Below, piece by piece: positions 50,820-63,454 of a stretch of DNA of 64,000 nucleotides; within the stretch, counting starts at the first letter, position 1, and every line of letters begins with the position of its first letter. Location of the stretch: positions 372,001-436,000 of the forward strand of contig NW_026250427.1 in the NCBI RefSeq assembly GCF_024521635.1, given 5' to 3'. A model generated the notes under the pieces. The model did not search any database, was not told the DNA's origin, and worked only from the letters and a program-made list of their open reading frames with translations. The translations under genes were made by a program, and so were the position numbers. This DNA comes from Tricharina praecox. Lineage: Eukaryota.

Positions 50820-52340
50820 GAAGCGGGTGACAGGGAAACTCTGAGCTGGCTGCAGCTGCTGAATCGCTCACTCGCGGGAGAACCTCCGAGGCTCCGCCCA
50901 CGAAGCTGAATATCAGTATAAAACCTCAGAGCTTCATAGGTCCTACTTAGGTGTTGCTATTGAAGTTCATGGCCACTCGGAAGTATCTCTGGAAGCCAAG
51001 CTGGATAGAGAGAATGGAAAGGAATCTAGCGGTCCCATCAACTTGTTGGGTGCGCAGAACAGAGGCTTCGGATCCAATTGATCACTCTTGATGGATTCCG
51101 GAGGTGGTATATATGACCCATGGCGGAGCCACCGTGGCATGGGCTGGGAGTTGCTATTCGAGTTCTTATACGCGTTTAGAAGACTGTTTTTGGAACATAA
51201 TTTGTGTAGGGCGAACAGCGAAGTAGGAATGGGTGCTGCTAGCTAGTAGTGTCGCAGCGGGTGACGGAGAAACTCCAAGCTGAATCGCTCGTGGGAGAAC
51301 CTCCGCCCACAAAGCTGAATGACAGTAGCAGACCTTGGAACTCCAGGGTCTATAGATCCTAGGTGTTGCTATTGAAGTTCATGTCAAATCGGAGATATTT
51401 CTGGAAAGGAAGCTGTGTAGAGGTAATGGAAAGGAATAGATATAGCGGCCCCACCGACGTGTGGGGTGCGCAGAAGAGGGGCTTCGGGTCCAATTGTCCA
51501 TGTCCGAGGGTACCCACGAGCTGGTGGCTGTGCCAGCCCTCACGGTCTCTGATGTTGCTATTGAGGTTCGTGCCGAGTGACATCTCCGGAACGAGCAGAG
51601 CGGGGAAGAAATAAGGAAAAGCTAGTAATGTCATTGTCCGTCAAGTGGCTTCGATGGCAGACAGTCTTCGACCTTGGTGACTGCCAGAACACATCAGGTG
51701 ACGAGCCGCTGAAGAGCCGTACTCCACAGGTCCTAGATGTTGCTATCGAATTTCGGGTCCAATCAGGAATATTTTTGGAAGAGAAGCCGTGTAGAGAAAA
51801 TGGGAGCTACTATTCGAGTGGTACACGTTTATGAGACTCTTATTGGAATAATATTTGTGCAGGGGAGTAGATAGCGAAGAAGGAGTAGGTACTGGCAGTG
51901 TCTCAGTAGGTGACGGGGAAACTCCAAGCTGAATCACTCGCTCGCGGGAGAACCTCCGCCCACAAAGCTGAATATGGTAGCAATCTAAGGCCGCAGAACC
52001 CCGGATTCCATAGGTCCTTGGTATTGCTATTGAAGTCCATGTCCAATCGGAAATTTTTCTGGAAGGGAAGTGGTGTATGTAGAGATAATGGAAAGGAATT
52101 TAGCGGTCCCGCCGACTTGTGGGGTGGGCAGACGAGACTGTTCTTGAAATAACATTTGTACAGGGAGAGTAGGTAGCGAAGAATGAATAGGTGCTGGCAG
52201 TGTCGCAGCGGGGTGACGGGAAAATTCCAAGCTGGCTGCTCAATCGCTCGCGGCAGAACCTTCGCCCATAGAGCCGAATAGCAGTATATATAAGGCCTCA
52301 GAACTCCATAGGTCCTGGGTGTTGCTATTGAAGTTCGGGT
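50820..52340 (-). repeat. Modular tandem repeat array (about four 300-650-bp degenerate units); same family as 62455-64000 in the opposite orientation
   Basis: Motif GTGTTGCTATTGAAGTTCATG or variants at ~50951, 51363, 51551, 51737, 52021, 52319. Motif GAAACTCCAAGCTGAATCGCTC..GGGAGAACCTCCGCCCACAAAGCTGAAT at ~50836, 51270, 51918, 52220. Confidence 0.88.
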
Positions 52341-54395
52341 CGGATTGGCGGTGGGCATGTAGGTAAATAGCTGCTGACCAGTTGAATCCGATCCAGCCTT
52401 GGCCCAATGTTCACGAATCACGAGCGACGAGCACATGTCGGGGGAGTGGAGGATACCTACAAGCCTTAGACTTTTCTCGTTTAGCTCGTGGTGCTCACTC
52501 ACTGCATCAGGTACATACAGTGGCTCCACCGCACATGCTCGAGCTATGCTTGCCCCCGCAATGCAGGATCATCGGGGACCACATGCGCCGGCAACCTGAT
52601 CCTTCCTTCATCACTCGAGCCGAGCGCTCTGGAGTCTGGGCTGACTCCTTCCTAACATCCTACCCTTCCACCTACATACCACCTACCATCCTCCATCCCA
52701 TGCCAGTCAGTCAGTCACAGATCCCGACGTAAGTATGCATACCTAGAGCCAAGAGATGATAGACGACCCCACAATTCGCTTATTACCGCACAACTCCCGC
52801 CCCATCCCCGGGGAGATTCACGAAAACGTCCCGGGAGCTTCCACATACATACATGTGAGAGCTTGCGGACGAAACCGTGTGTAGCAGCTATGCAGGGACT
52901 GGGAAAGACATGCACAGGACGACGGTCTACCGAACGAACGTCTACATACACACCGGTACCTAGCCCTTGGGGTTTGGGGTCCCTGGGCGACTACCTACAT
53001 ACGCGTGTCTGCGAGTTCTACGTACTGGTATGGTTGAAATGTAGGCATCGAGGATTCGAGGCGGCCAGATCATACCCGGCCGGCGAATTATGCATAGATA
53101 TACCTACGAGCTCGCTCGGGTTTGGAAAGTGCGGTAGGTATATAGCCTGTCTGGCATGGCTAGAATGGCTGCGTCGCTCGGGATATTGCTCTGGCGTGGA
53201 AACCGGAGGCCACTCATAGCGCAATAGAGCTCGTATATATCGTCGGTTATTATGGTTTCGCGATGTAGATAGAAGCTTGAGAAGTTGAGAGTCATCACCT
53301 ATCGGCGAGCAAGGCTGTTTCACTCTTCGGATGCACCCACCGGATAAATACCACTACATAATCAACCGGCCGGAACGTTCTGCATACATAAGTGCGCTGA
53401 CTTATCCGCATATCTACGCCAACGCACGTGCTTTTTAGTTGCCTATCTTCACCCGGCGATGGCCACTGGCCAGCGGCCAGCCTTTGGGGGGCGGAAAAAA
53501 GAAAGGAAGAAAAGAAGGAAAGAACGTGCGAAAAAAAGAAAGAAAGAAAGGCCGCAAAAAAAGAACGGAAGAGATCGCGACGGCAGGTATGATGTATGTA
53601 ACCTGGGACGGCAGACGCAGGAGAGAGGCAGGAGGAAAGGAGGAAGCATTGTCTCTCCCTCTGGCCGGCCGCTGACCCGCTGCAGTTACGTGAGCCAGTC
53701 AAGTCGACTCGATCGCCGCTGACTCTTACATGTGTGAGGATGTGAGGAAGCAAAAGGATGAGGATATGGTCGGCAGTGGTCAGATTCTCTATCTATGTGT
53801 CTCGGGCACGCGCAACTGCCATTCGATGCGAGTAATGCCTGGTGATCCGATAGGAGGGCAGTGATCCGGTGTCCTCGGGCATGCAAGGGAGTTGGATTCT
53901 CTGTTTCTTGCATCGTCATCAAGCGGACGAAGGAAGATTCCGGGCCTGTGCGACACGACGTGCCACCACCGAGATTCCCGCGCCCGTTCATCCGCCCCGA
54001 CACACCCTGAAAATAGATATTTGCGTGCCGGGCGTGTGGCGTTGGTAAACCACAATCATAGGGAAGACATCATCGACCAGCATGGGAGCCGGGCCCGGAA
54101 AAGAGAACAAAGGGCGACAGAAGAAGAAGGGAGTCGGCAAACTTCTTAGCCTCTTCCCTGTTTTTTAACCCGCCGAGCAAAAAGTCCAGCCCAGCATAAA
54201 ATTATCAGTCACCACAACCACCACCGCCGTCCACCGTCAACAACACCAACACCAGCGCTACCGTACCGCTCTAAATATCGGACTTTTACCCGCCTCGTCT
54301 GCCCCTCCTCTTCTCCTCGTCCGTGAAATATCAGCTCTCTCGATCACCATTTTCGTCGTTCTCTCTCCCAAAACCTCACCAACTCTCCACTCATA

Positions 54396-56563
54396 ATGGC
54401 GTCGGCGGCTCGGTTATCAATGATGTCAGCGGCAATGGCATTGAGGCCCCTCCCTGCTGGAATGGCGCCGCGCGCATCGCGATTCATACTCCCCCGCCAG
54501 GCCCTGCGGCCTTCGATCGAGCGACAGGCGCTCCAGGTTTCGATGCGGAGAGCGTACGCTACAACGACCGGTCCCGTTGCGCCCGCTGCGAAGCCGCCCA
54601 AGAAGAAGTTTCGCTTTTTCAGGACCCTATGGAGGGCTACATATCTGAGCGCTATTCTCGGCGGAGGATATCTGGCGTATAGCATCTATGAGACCCGATT
54701 CCCCCACGAGCAGATTGACCCCGGCCACACCAAGAAGACGCTCGTGATCCTAGGTGTGTAGTTCTTCGAATTCCATTTCGTCGGGGTTTACGGCGGCGGC
54801 TGCACCGCGATGGAGACAGGCGATCGGAGTGAACCTTTTGCTGACGGGTATTTCTCCTATTCGTAGGAACCGGATGGGGAAGCGTTGCTCTCCTCAAGAA
54901 GCTTGACACCGAAAACTACAATGTCATCGTCATTTCGCCTCGCAACTTCTTCCTTTTCACGCCTCTGCTGCCCAGTTGTCCCACGGGCACGGTTGAGCAC
55001 CGCAGCATCATGGAGCCCCTCCGCCACATCATCCGACAGAAGAAGGGGACCGTCAAGTTTTACGAAGCGGAAGCCACCAAGATTGACCACGAGAAGCGCG
55101 TCATTGTCGTGAATGACAATTCCGATATCAAGGGAACCGTCAACCAGACCGAGGTTCCGTTCGACTACCTGGTTGTTGGTGTAGGCGCCGAGAACGCTAC
55201 ATTTGGTATGGAGTTTGCGCCCTCCGCTTGTTTACCGCGGGTAGGACATACTGGCTGACAGAAGACCGTTGATAGGTATCCCCGGTGTCAAGGAGCATGC
55301 ATGCTTTTTGAAGGAGATTGGCGACTCGCAGAAAATCCGCAAGAAGGTGATGGACTGCATCGAGACGGCCATGTTCAAGGATCAGACGCCGGAAGAGAAG
55401 GAGCGTCTTCTTCACATGGTGAGCACCTTCATATTCCATTATCGTCCTGGGCGGTCATATGTGATATCGACACCCGGGAATGTGCGTCATAGGTTCTAAC
55501 TGCCGGTGGTGTAACCTAGGTTGTTGTCGGAGGTGGACCCACAGGAGTTGAGTTCGCTGCGGAGCTCCAGGATTTCTTCGAGGACGACCTGCGGAAGTGG
55601 GTGCCGGATATTTCCGATGCTTTCCACGTTACTCTGGTTGAGGCATTGCCGAACGTGAGTATATATCTCGGAAGAACACGGGGAGCCGGTTGCTCCACGT
55701 GACCGTCGATGCGATGCTGATTGATTGCAGGTCCTCCCCATGTTCAGCAAGACCCTGATCGAGTACACCGAAAAGACCCTGAACGAGGAGAAGATCTCGC
55801 TGCGGACCAAGACCATGGTCAAGAAGGTGACGGACAAGCACATCGAGGCGGAAGTGACCAAGCCCGATGGCAGCAAGGAACTGCAGATCCTCCCGTACGG
55901 CTGTCTTATCTGGGCTACCGGAAACGCCGTCCGATCGGTCATTCGCGACCTGATGGGCAGGATCCCGGCTCAGAAGAACTCTCGCCGCGGTCTCGCCGTG
56001 AACGAGTACCTCGTTGTCGAGGGCACTGACGGAATCTGGGCCCTTGGTGATTGTAGCGCGACCAAGTACGCTCCCACCGCCCAGGTAGCCTCCCAGCAGG
56101 GAGCTTTCCTTGCCCGCCTGTTCAACAACATGGCGAAGACCCAGGCTCTCGAGCAGGAGATCGACCACCTGCAGGAAGTCATCACAACCGAGGCGAAGAC
56201 CTCATCCGACAGGGACACCATCGAGAAGGAGATCGCGAAGAAGACCAAGGCAATCCGCAAGGTCAAGCAGCTGTCGCCGTTCGAGTACACCCACCAGGGT
56301 TCGCTGGCGTACATTGGAATGGAGCGTGCTGTTGCCGACATCAGCTGGTGGAACGGAAACCTTGCGTCCGGTGGTACCTGGACCTATCTTTTCTGGCGAA
56401 GCGCCTACCTTTCCATGTGCTTCTCCACCCGCAACCGCATCTTGGTGTCCTTGGACTGGCTGAAAGTGAAGATCTTCGGCCGTGATGTGTCCCGGTATTT
56501 AATCCTCCTGCGCATCGTATGTCGACCGAATAGTTTGCTGACTCATTTCTCTGCAGGGAGTAA
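54396..56563 (+). CDS. NDE1: Mitochondrial alternative (type II) NADH dehydrogenase, external Nde1/Nde2-like; five introns
   Basis: R/A/L/S-rich presequence, [113 protein letters not shown]. Confidence 0.92.
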
Positions 56564-57643
56564 TCGATAATCGCCACGTATTAGAGATATGATCGTGGTC
56601 TGTATAAGTCGAGTTCATCGTCTCCGGCGCAGGGCGGTGGGTGGCGGTGTGAACGCGAAACGCATTGTGGGCGGGGTGCCGTTTTATACTCCAATAGATG
56701 GTTTTGGATTTCGTTTCGTTTTGTGTTCTTGTTCTTTTGTTTGTTTATTTGTAGACGCGGGCGGGGGCAGGCGGGGCAGGTTTTTCTTTTTCGTTTCTTC
56801 TCTTTCTGTTCTTTCCTTTTTTCACCGGGTTAGATATGGTACGGTACTGTAGAAACGGCGCTGGAGAGTGAAGAGGCATACAATATAAGCTTTGATACCA
56901 TTAATGCTCGCTCGCTCGTCCGCCCCGTGAGACCTTGTGTGCGCGCGCGCGGGAAATCGGTCTTATGAAGCCCGTATGTGGAGATGCCAGATGGGCAGAT
57001 GCCTGTCCCGGTGCATGCTGTGCGGTGTTGAGCACTGTAGGTTGCGTGCTGTGCTGTGTGTGTAACGACGAATTGAATCAAACTTTGAAACGTTTGTACG
57101 GTAGTGGGGTGGTGGGGTGGTGGGGGGAGAGGAAGGGGTGATATCTAAGACGTTTTCCCGACGACGGATAGGCCCTTTGAGACCCCTCTCCTTTGAAACG
57201 ACGGAGATCTTCCGGTCTTGCGTGCGCGCGCCGGCTTCGGTTGAATGGGGACGAACTTCGAAGAGAGAGCGGAAGGTCGGGCGGAAGGTCGGACGGTTGC
57301 GCGGTTGCGCGGTCGGTCGGCTCCGGAGTTTGCACCAATAAGCGTTGGCTTTGGCTGAGGGGGGGCTAGGTTAGCTCACATCACTCCACTCCATCTTTAC
57401 TCTGAAGTCTATGTGGGGTAGCTGGTGTGTACTCTCGAGTCTCGCATTCTCAGTCTCACTCTCCCGTGCTCAGTGTTCATTTCAAGATCGCTTTCATTCC
57501 TTCTCTTCTCTCTATTAAGACATTAACTGCGTGTAAATCGCCGCTCGCACTCCCCCTCCATCTTCCGTCACCCCTCCTCCGTCCTCCTTCTCTCCATCCT
57601 CTTTCCTATGTAGCTATATACAACCCGCCGCCCTCTGGGTCGA

Positions 57644-59742
57644 TCACTGTAAATTCGCCTTCGGCACCTCATCGGCGTTACTCTGCAGCTCGAGCCCCGG
57701 GTCGTCCGTCGACCTCCAGAACTGTTTCTCGCCGCGGATGGCGCGGACGAACCACGGCGGCTGCTGGTTCATGTCTGTTTTGACTGCGCGCGCGTTAGCT
57801 GCGGGGAAGGGAAACGCTGGGGGGTAATACGGGGAAGGCCATGGGGACTTACAGGACCAGTACTCCTTGCTGTCCTCGTCGTCGGGCACGATTCGCCCGC
57901 TGCTGGCGATCTTCACGGTCCATGTGAGAACGTTGAGGGTCGTGTAGGTTATCACGCCGCTATTGGGGGTGGGTTAGTTGGCTGGCTGGATGTGCGGGGG
58001 AGCGGGGGGAGGGGCAGGGCAGGGCGGGCGGGACGTACGCGATGAGCCCGTAAGCGATGCTGTACGAGAACGGGATGAACGCCATAGTGATGAACGCTGG
58101 GATGGCATCACCGGGATACCTCCAATTGATCAGCAGCGTTCCGCGCATCATCATGCATCCGACCATGATCAGGGCGCCTCCGGTAGCCCACGGCGGGATT
58201 GAAGCGAATATCGGTGCGAAAAAGATGGAGAGCAGAAAGCACAGGCCCGTGGTCATGGAGGTGATGCCGGTGCGCCCGCCCTCGGCGATTCCGGCGCCGG
58301 ACTCGATGTATGCCACCGACGGAGAAACGCCAAATAACGCACCGATAGAGATCGTCGCGGCATCGGTGCAGTATGCGAGCGTGGAGCGGTCGAAGTCGCC
58401 CGTTTGCGGGTTTACCGCCCCGCTGAACCGCGCCATGCTGTACAGTGTTCCGGTGCAGTCGAGGATGTCGACGTAGAGGAGCGTTACGATCGCCAGGCCG
58501 AACTGGGAGCCGACGCCCGAGAGGTCCCATTCCAGTACGTTGAGCGTCTTTTGGATTGGGTGGAAGGCGGCCACGGTCTTAAAGTAGGCGAAGCGCTGGT
58601 CCCCGTCGGGCGTGGACGGGAAATAGGTGAACGATGTACCGCGCGGCCACGAGAAGATGGAAACGACGAGGATGCCGATTATCATGGCGGACTTTACGCG
58701 GTACATCATCAGCCAGGCGGTCAAGATGACACCGCACATGAAGCCGATCCAGAGCTATGCGGCCGTCAGTTCGTAAACAGAAACAAAACACGGAGGCTAG
58801 CTAACAGTTGGATTCTGCATATTGTGGCTGGTACACATTCCATATTCATCTTTGTATTCGTCCTTGCAGCCTCCAAGGGTGAGAGGAGTAGCCACGGCAC
58901 CTGTGACAGCACCAATTCCGGCTTGATATCCAAGGCCGCAGAGAGTCAGGAACAGCCCGATTCCAGCGCCGCAAGCAATCTTGATGGATGCCGGAATTAC
59001 TTGGGCGAGCCATTGCCGGAGCCCGAGGAGTGAGAGCGCGATGAAGATGAAGCCTTCGACGAAGACGGCGGTGAGTGCTACCCGGAAGGGAACGGCGCCG
59101 GCACCGTTGACACCGACCACTTGGTAGGCGAAGTAGGCGTTCAATCCCATCCCTGGTCTGAAGCGTCGTTAGCCTTGGACGCATGAATTTGACGTGGATG
59201 TAAACACTCACGCTATTGCTATTGGGAGATTCGTGAATAGGCCCATGAAGAAGGAGCCCAGCGCTGCCGTGGCTGCCGTAGCCGTCACCATGTCCCGCTT
59301 GACGACTTTATACCTAGCTATCAGCAACCCTTTCCGATTGTTTCGAAGGTACAAGCTCATACCGAATTGACAACTCTTGTACTCGGCGGTCTGGAAATAC
59401 TCCGTGTCCCCGAGATGGCCCTCCACACATGTCCCGCCGGTCTCGGCCAGGATGGAAGCCTTGGATGCCGATTAGCCCAACCCAGGAACATCTGCAGATG
59501 GAGGAGGGGGAACAAACATTAGCAGCAATAACGTACGCCATCGTGAAGAACGTGGTGATGCCCGCTCGAACCTCCATAGAAAACGCCGTATTCGGCCATG
59601 CCCTGTGCTATAAGCTGTCAGTTCCACGGTCGAGCAGAGCAGAGCGGAACCTCAATCTCACATGGCCAGAACCCTCGAGCCTGAAGAACCAGCCAACCGG
59701 TGTCTTCGCAATGGCCTTGTCCATATCCGCCAGGAACCCCAT
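57644..59742 (-). CDS. azgA: AzgA-like purine permease (NCS2/AzgA family), multi-exon
   Basis: [126 protein letters not shown]. Confidence 0.9.
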
Positions 59743-62454
59743 GGTTGCAGGTTGAAGCGAAAGTCGGTAGTTATTGCAGGTTGCAGCGTATTGACGTATG
59801 TGCAGCAGTAGCTACAAGATCGTATCGGCAATGCGGAAAACTCGCTCGCTTCCCTCACTCCCTCCGCCGGCGGTGGAGGGGAAGGGGGAGCACCACGGAT
59901 TGATATATAACTCCACTTCGCCGAGTGGAGACCAGGGTGCAGGATTGATTCAAAACCCTCAGGGACTCTCCACGCCCTACTCCCGGATATGGCTGGCGGC
60001 CGGTAGCGCCCCCAGCCCAGTGCCCACATGGCGAGTTAATCGACGGTGCTAAATCATCCACCTAACTGCCTCAGGCCGCCGCCAGACCTTGCCGCTGGGA
60101 CTGAAATGATGATGTGCGATGCGATGCGATGTGCTCCGGGGGAGGGGGGGTACGTACATGCTATGCATCATTGACTCGCGGTGGATCTTGAGACTGCTCT
60201 GACTATGTACTAGCATGTAGGTACCGTAGTCATGTCACCTCTATGGATACCTCTGTAAGGTGCCCACGTTCGTTTACACATGTCCGGACAAAACCCACCA
60301 GTCGGCAACTGGTGTCATTTCTCAGGTAGAGTACTGTACATACGGTACCTGACCGCCAAACCGCCTGAATTCCGCCGTGTATAGAGTATGTATCGTATGT
60401 ACACACGCACGTCTCAATGGAGTCTCACCACCGACCCACTGTCATATGCCTCGCTGCGAAGTCCGGTTTCTCTTTCTCTTTTCCCATGTATGTAGATGTC
60501 TATTCATTTAGCCTGTCGGGCCCTCTACATAGACTCTGGCCAATCGAGAGGCCTCGCGCATGTGGCTTTTCGCCGGTGATTTCTTCCTGGTCCCCTTTTT
60601 TCAGCCAAAGCGTGGAGGTCGGTATGTATCATATGTAGAGTAGGTAGAGTAGGTAGAGTAGGTAGAGTAGGTATCGGATGTCGCCGGTGGCGTCCCCACT
60701 ACTCTACTCTATGTATGCATACGGCGGCGCGGCGTTCACATGTCGCTTGTCGCATGTTCTGGAACGACTCTGGCCTTCGGCCCCTCATGAGGGGGCCGAT
60801 GGCTTATTTGGAAGCCCAAACGAAGGAAGATACCTAACGGTTTGCCTGCCTGCAGTGGCGGCTCGAATGCTTTGTTTTGTTTTGGTCGGCGAATGAAGTG
60901 GTGAGTGAGAGCGTGTGGCAAAGGCTGAACTGTGAAGACCCTTGTTTCCCGAACCGGTTGCCAGGGCCATAACGTACTTACTATGACCGTCCCCTACTCC
61001 ACGTAAGCATCGACAAGGATCAGCGACCTCCTTCTCCCTCTCCCCCTCCCTCCCTCCCGCCGGACCCCTCTCGGAATTTCGGAAGCTTGGCTTGGCTCGA
61101 GTCCCTTCCGTTCCAGAAACCCGGCTCCGCTCCGTGTACCCGTGGTTCCGTGGTAGCGTGGTAGCATGATCTAACCGCATCGAGTATCTTTGCCATGCTA
61201 TCTACATATGATGAAATATGTAGATAACTACTCTAAACACGGAGCGAGGAGCGAGGACCTGCGCATGGCACAATGGCACTTGCAATTGCAGTTGCAGGCC
61301 CTTTCCATGTCGACATCTCACTCGCAGTGGCAGCGAAACGAGAGCTACTAACTACTACTACTAATGGGGAGAATGGTAGATATTCCATAGCCCCGCCCTG
61401 CGGTATGTACCATCTCTGCTATGTGGAAAAAACGAGGTCACTGCCCGCCGGAACTCGGGAGAATAATAATGCGAAGGAATCATATTTACCAAAGCTGCCA
61501 GGTTACCGGTGTGCTGCGGACACCGGTTACTACTCTACTGGCTACATAGACACCTGTGAGCCCTCTAAGTTTCACCGGGTTCCTGCCGATCGGGATGAAA
61601 ACACCTGGGCACGTTACCTACCGGTATTGAGTCGCAAGCGAAAGCCCACGGATCGTGCCGAAGTGCACTCACTCACACCTTTGTGCAGAACCAGTTCCCG
61701 TCGCACGCTGACACGATAGGTATGGTGGTGGTATGTATATAAGGTATGTACCCGGGCAGCGAACCCACTTTCTCTAACTCCCTCCCCCAGTGAGACTTCG
61801 CAGCGCCTATTCACTCTGCACTCGTCCGGTGCGGAACATGATCTGCGAATGGCTGTGTGGGAGGATATTGGGTTTGCCGCTCACGCAGCAAGCGCGCATA
61901 ATAGCGTTGCTCACGTGCTATGCGGTCTCGAGTGATAGCTCGAGTTACTATAGCTTGCAGTTTCTTTACCGTCGAAAATAGGAGTGCCAGTGGCCGTTCA
62001 TTCTTCTTTCTTTATTCGGTACCAAGAAAAATTACACTTTGTAGACAGGAGTTGAATGGGTCTCGCGTGGCTCTTCGTCCTACATTTCATACTAGTCGGC
62101 GGAGTTGGGGTTTCCGCCACTGATTCCAGAGTCCAATGGCGGGTCGTCTTACTAGGTATGATAGTACGATCTCGAGTGATAGCTTGCGTGCGATGATTCC
62201 TCAAGCGGTCATTCAACCTGCGGACCCCCCGCGGGTGTTGGAAGGACTCGTGGTAGTGATCACTAGAACAATTGAGATAGAGAGAAGTTAAGTGGTATGT
62301 TCGGGTCTAGGAGCTACCGGTACAAGAGAGAGAGAGAGAGAAATAATCCCGAACTTGGACGCGCTACCGCACCGAATGTTCCAAACACCCACCGCCGGTC
62401 CTCCGAACGGCTAGTGGACTACTCCAGGAACACACTCGTTCCTACACAATGGAG

Positions 62455-62990
62455 ATCTGAGGCCTTCTACTGCTATTCAGATTTGTAGGCGGAGGTTCTC
62501 CCGCGAGCAAGCGCTTCAGCTTGGAGTTTCCCCATCACCCGCTGCGACACTGTTGTTGCAGAACGATGGGAGAGCTGTCGGCGAGAGGAGGGAGCGAGAG
62601 GAGGACTTGTCGGCGGGAGGAAACGAATGCGGTTAGCAATGGGTCAAGCGAGGTCGTCTGCTTCTTCTTCTTCTTCTTCTTCTTCTTCTTCTTCTTCTTC
62701 TCTTCTCTTATCATCTACATCCCCTCTCTCCTTGTGTGTTTTTCTTCTCACGACTTGCTTCCCAGCCTGGAGAGGCATTGGCGAAAGAGCCCTCGCAAAA
62801 CGATCAGCACCATTCCTTCTTCGCTGTTCTCCATCTTCATGGGTAACTAGACCTGATGCCTCTCTTCTGCCCGCCCCACATGTCGACGGGACCGCTGGAT
62901 TCCTTTCCATTCCCTCTACGCTGCTTCCCTTCCAGAAATATTTCTGATCGGACATGAACTTCAATGGTAACACCAGGGCTGTCAACCGTC
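62455..62990 (+). repeat. Copy of the modular repeat family, interrupted by a ~250-bp insert containing (CTT)13
   Basis: GGCGGAGGTTCTCCCGCGAGC..TTCAGCTTGGAGTTTCCCC..ACCCGCTGCGACACT (~62487-62551); resumes at CACCATTCCTTCTTCGCT (~62808) and runs to GGACATGAACTTCAATGGTAACAC (~62950). Confidence 0.82.
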
Positions 62991-63454
62991 CGGAGGATGA
63001 AATGCTCGGATACCCGTCAGGTACCTATACATAGGTACCTGATAGCACTAGCGTGCTATGCTGACTACTAGTTTGCGGAGTAGTACATAGCGCGGTGGCT
63101 ACCAACAAAATTCTCAGCTTTCAGCAGAATTTTCAGCGTCGTCAAACAATCGAGCTCAGGGGATAGACCCTGCTGGAAGTAGGAACGGGGATGGTGTGAA
63201 AGTTCTATACCGTGAGAGACACTGCGAAATGGAGCCGCACAGCCACACAGCCACACATCCGCACACCTGCGCCACCGGGTGGCGTCACGCCGCTTGCATT
63301 GTCCTAGTGTCCTAGTCAATTCCGGGCCCTGCAGGGTATCCGTCCTCATTTCTCAAGCCCGGAAGACTGTAGTCCTTGGTCTCCTCAGCCCGATTAATTC
63401 TGTTCCGGGTCGGGCAACCTCAAAGACGGACGGGACGGACGGTTGGCAGCCCTG

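Noticed and set aside
50940..52340. Recurrent GTGTTGCTATTGAAG motif resembling a CRISPR repeat end (ATTGAAA/G)
   Set aside because: Intervals are ~190-410 bp and consist of homologous modules rather than unique spacers.
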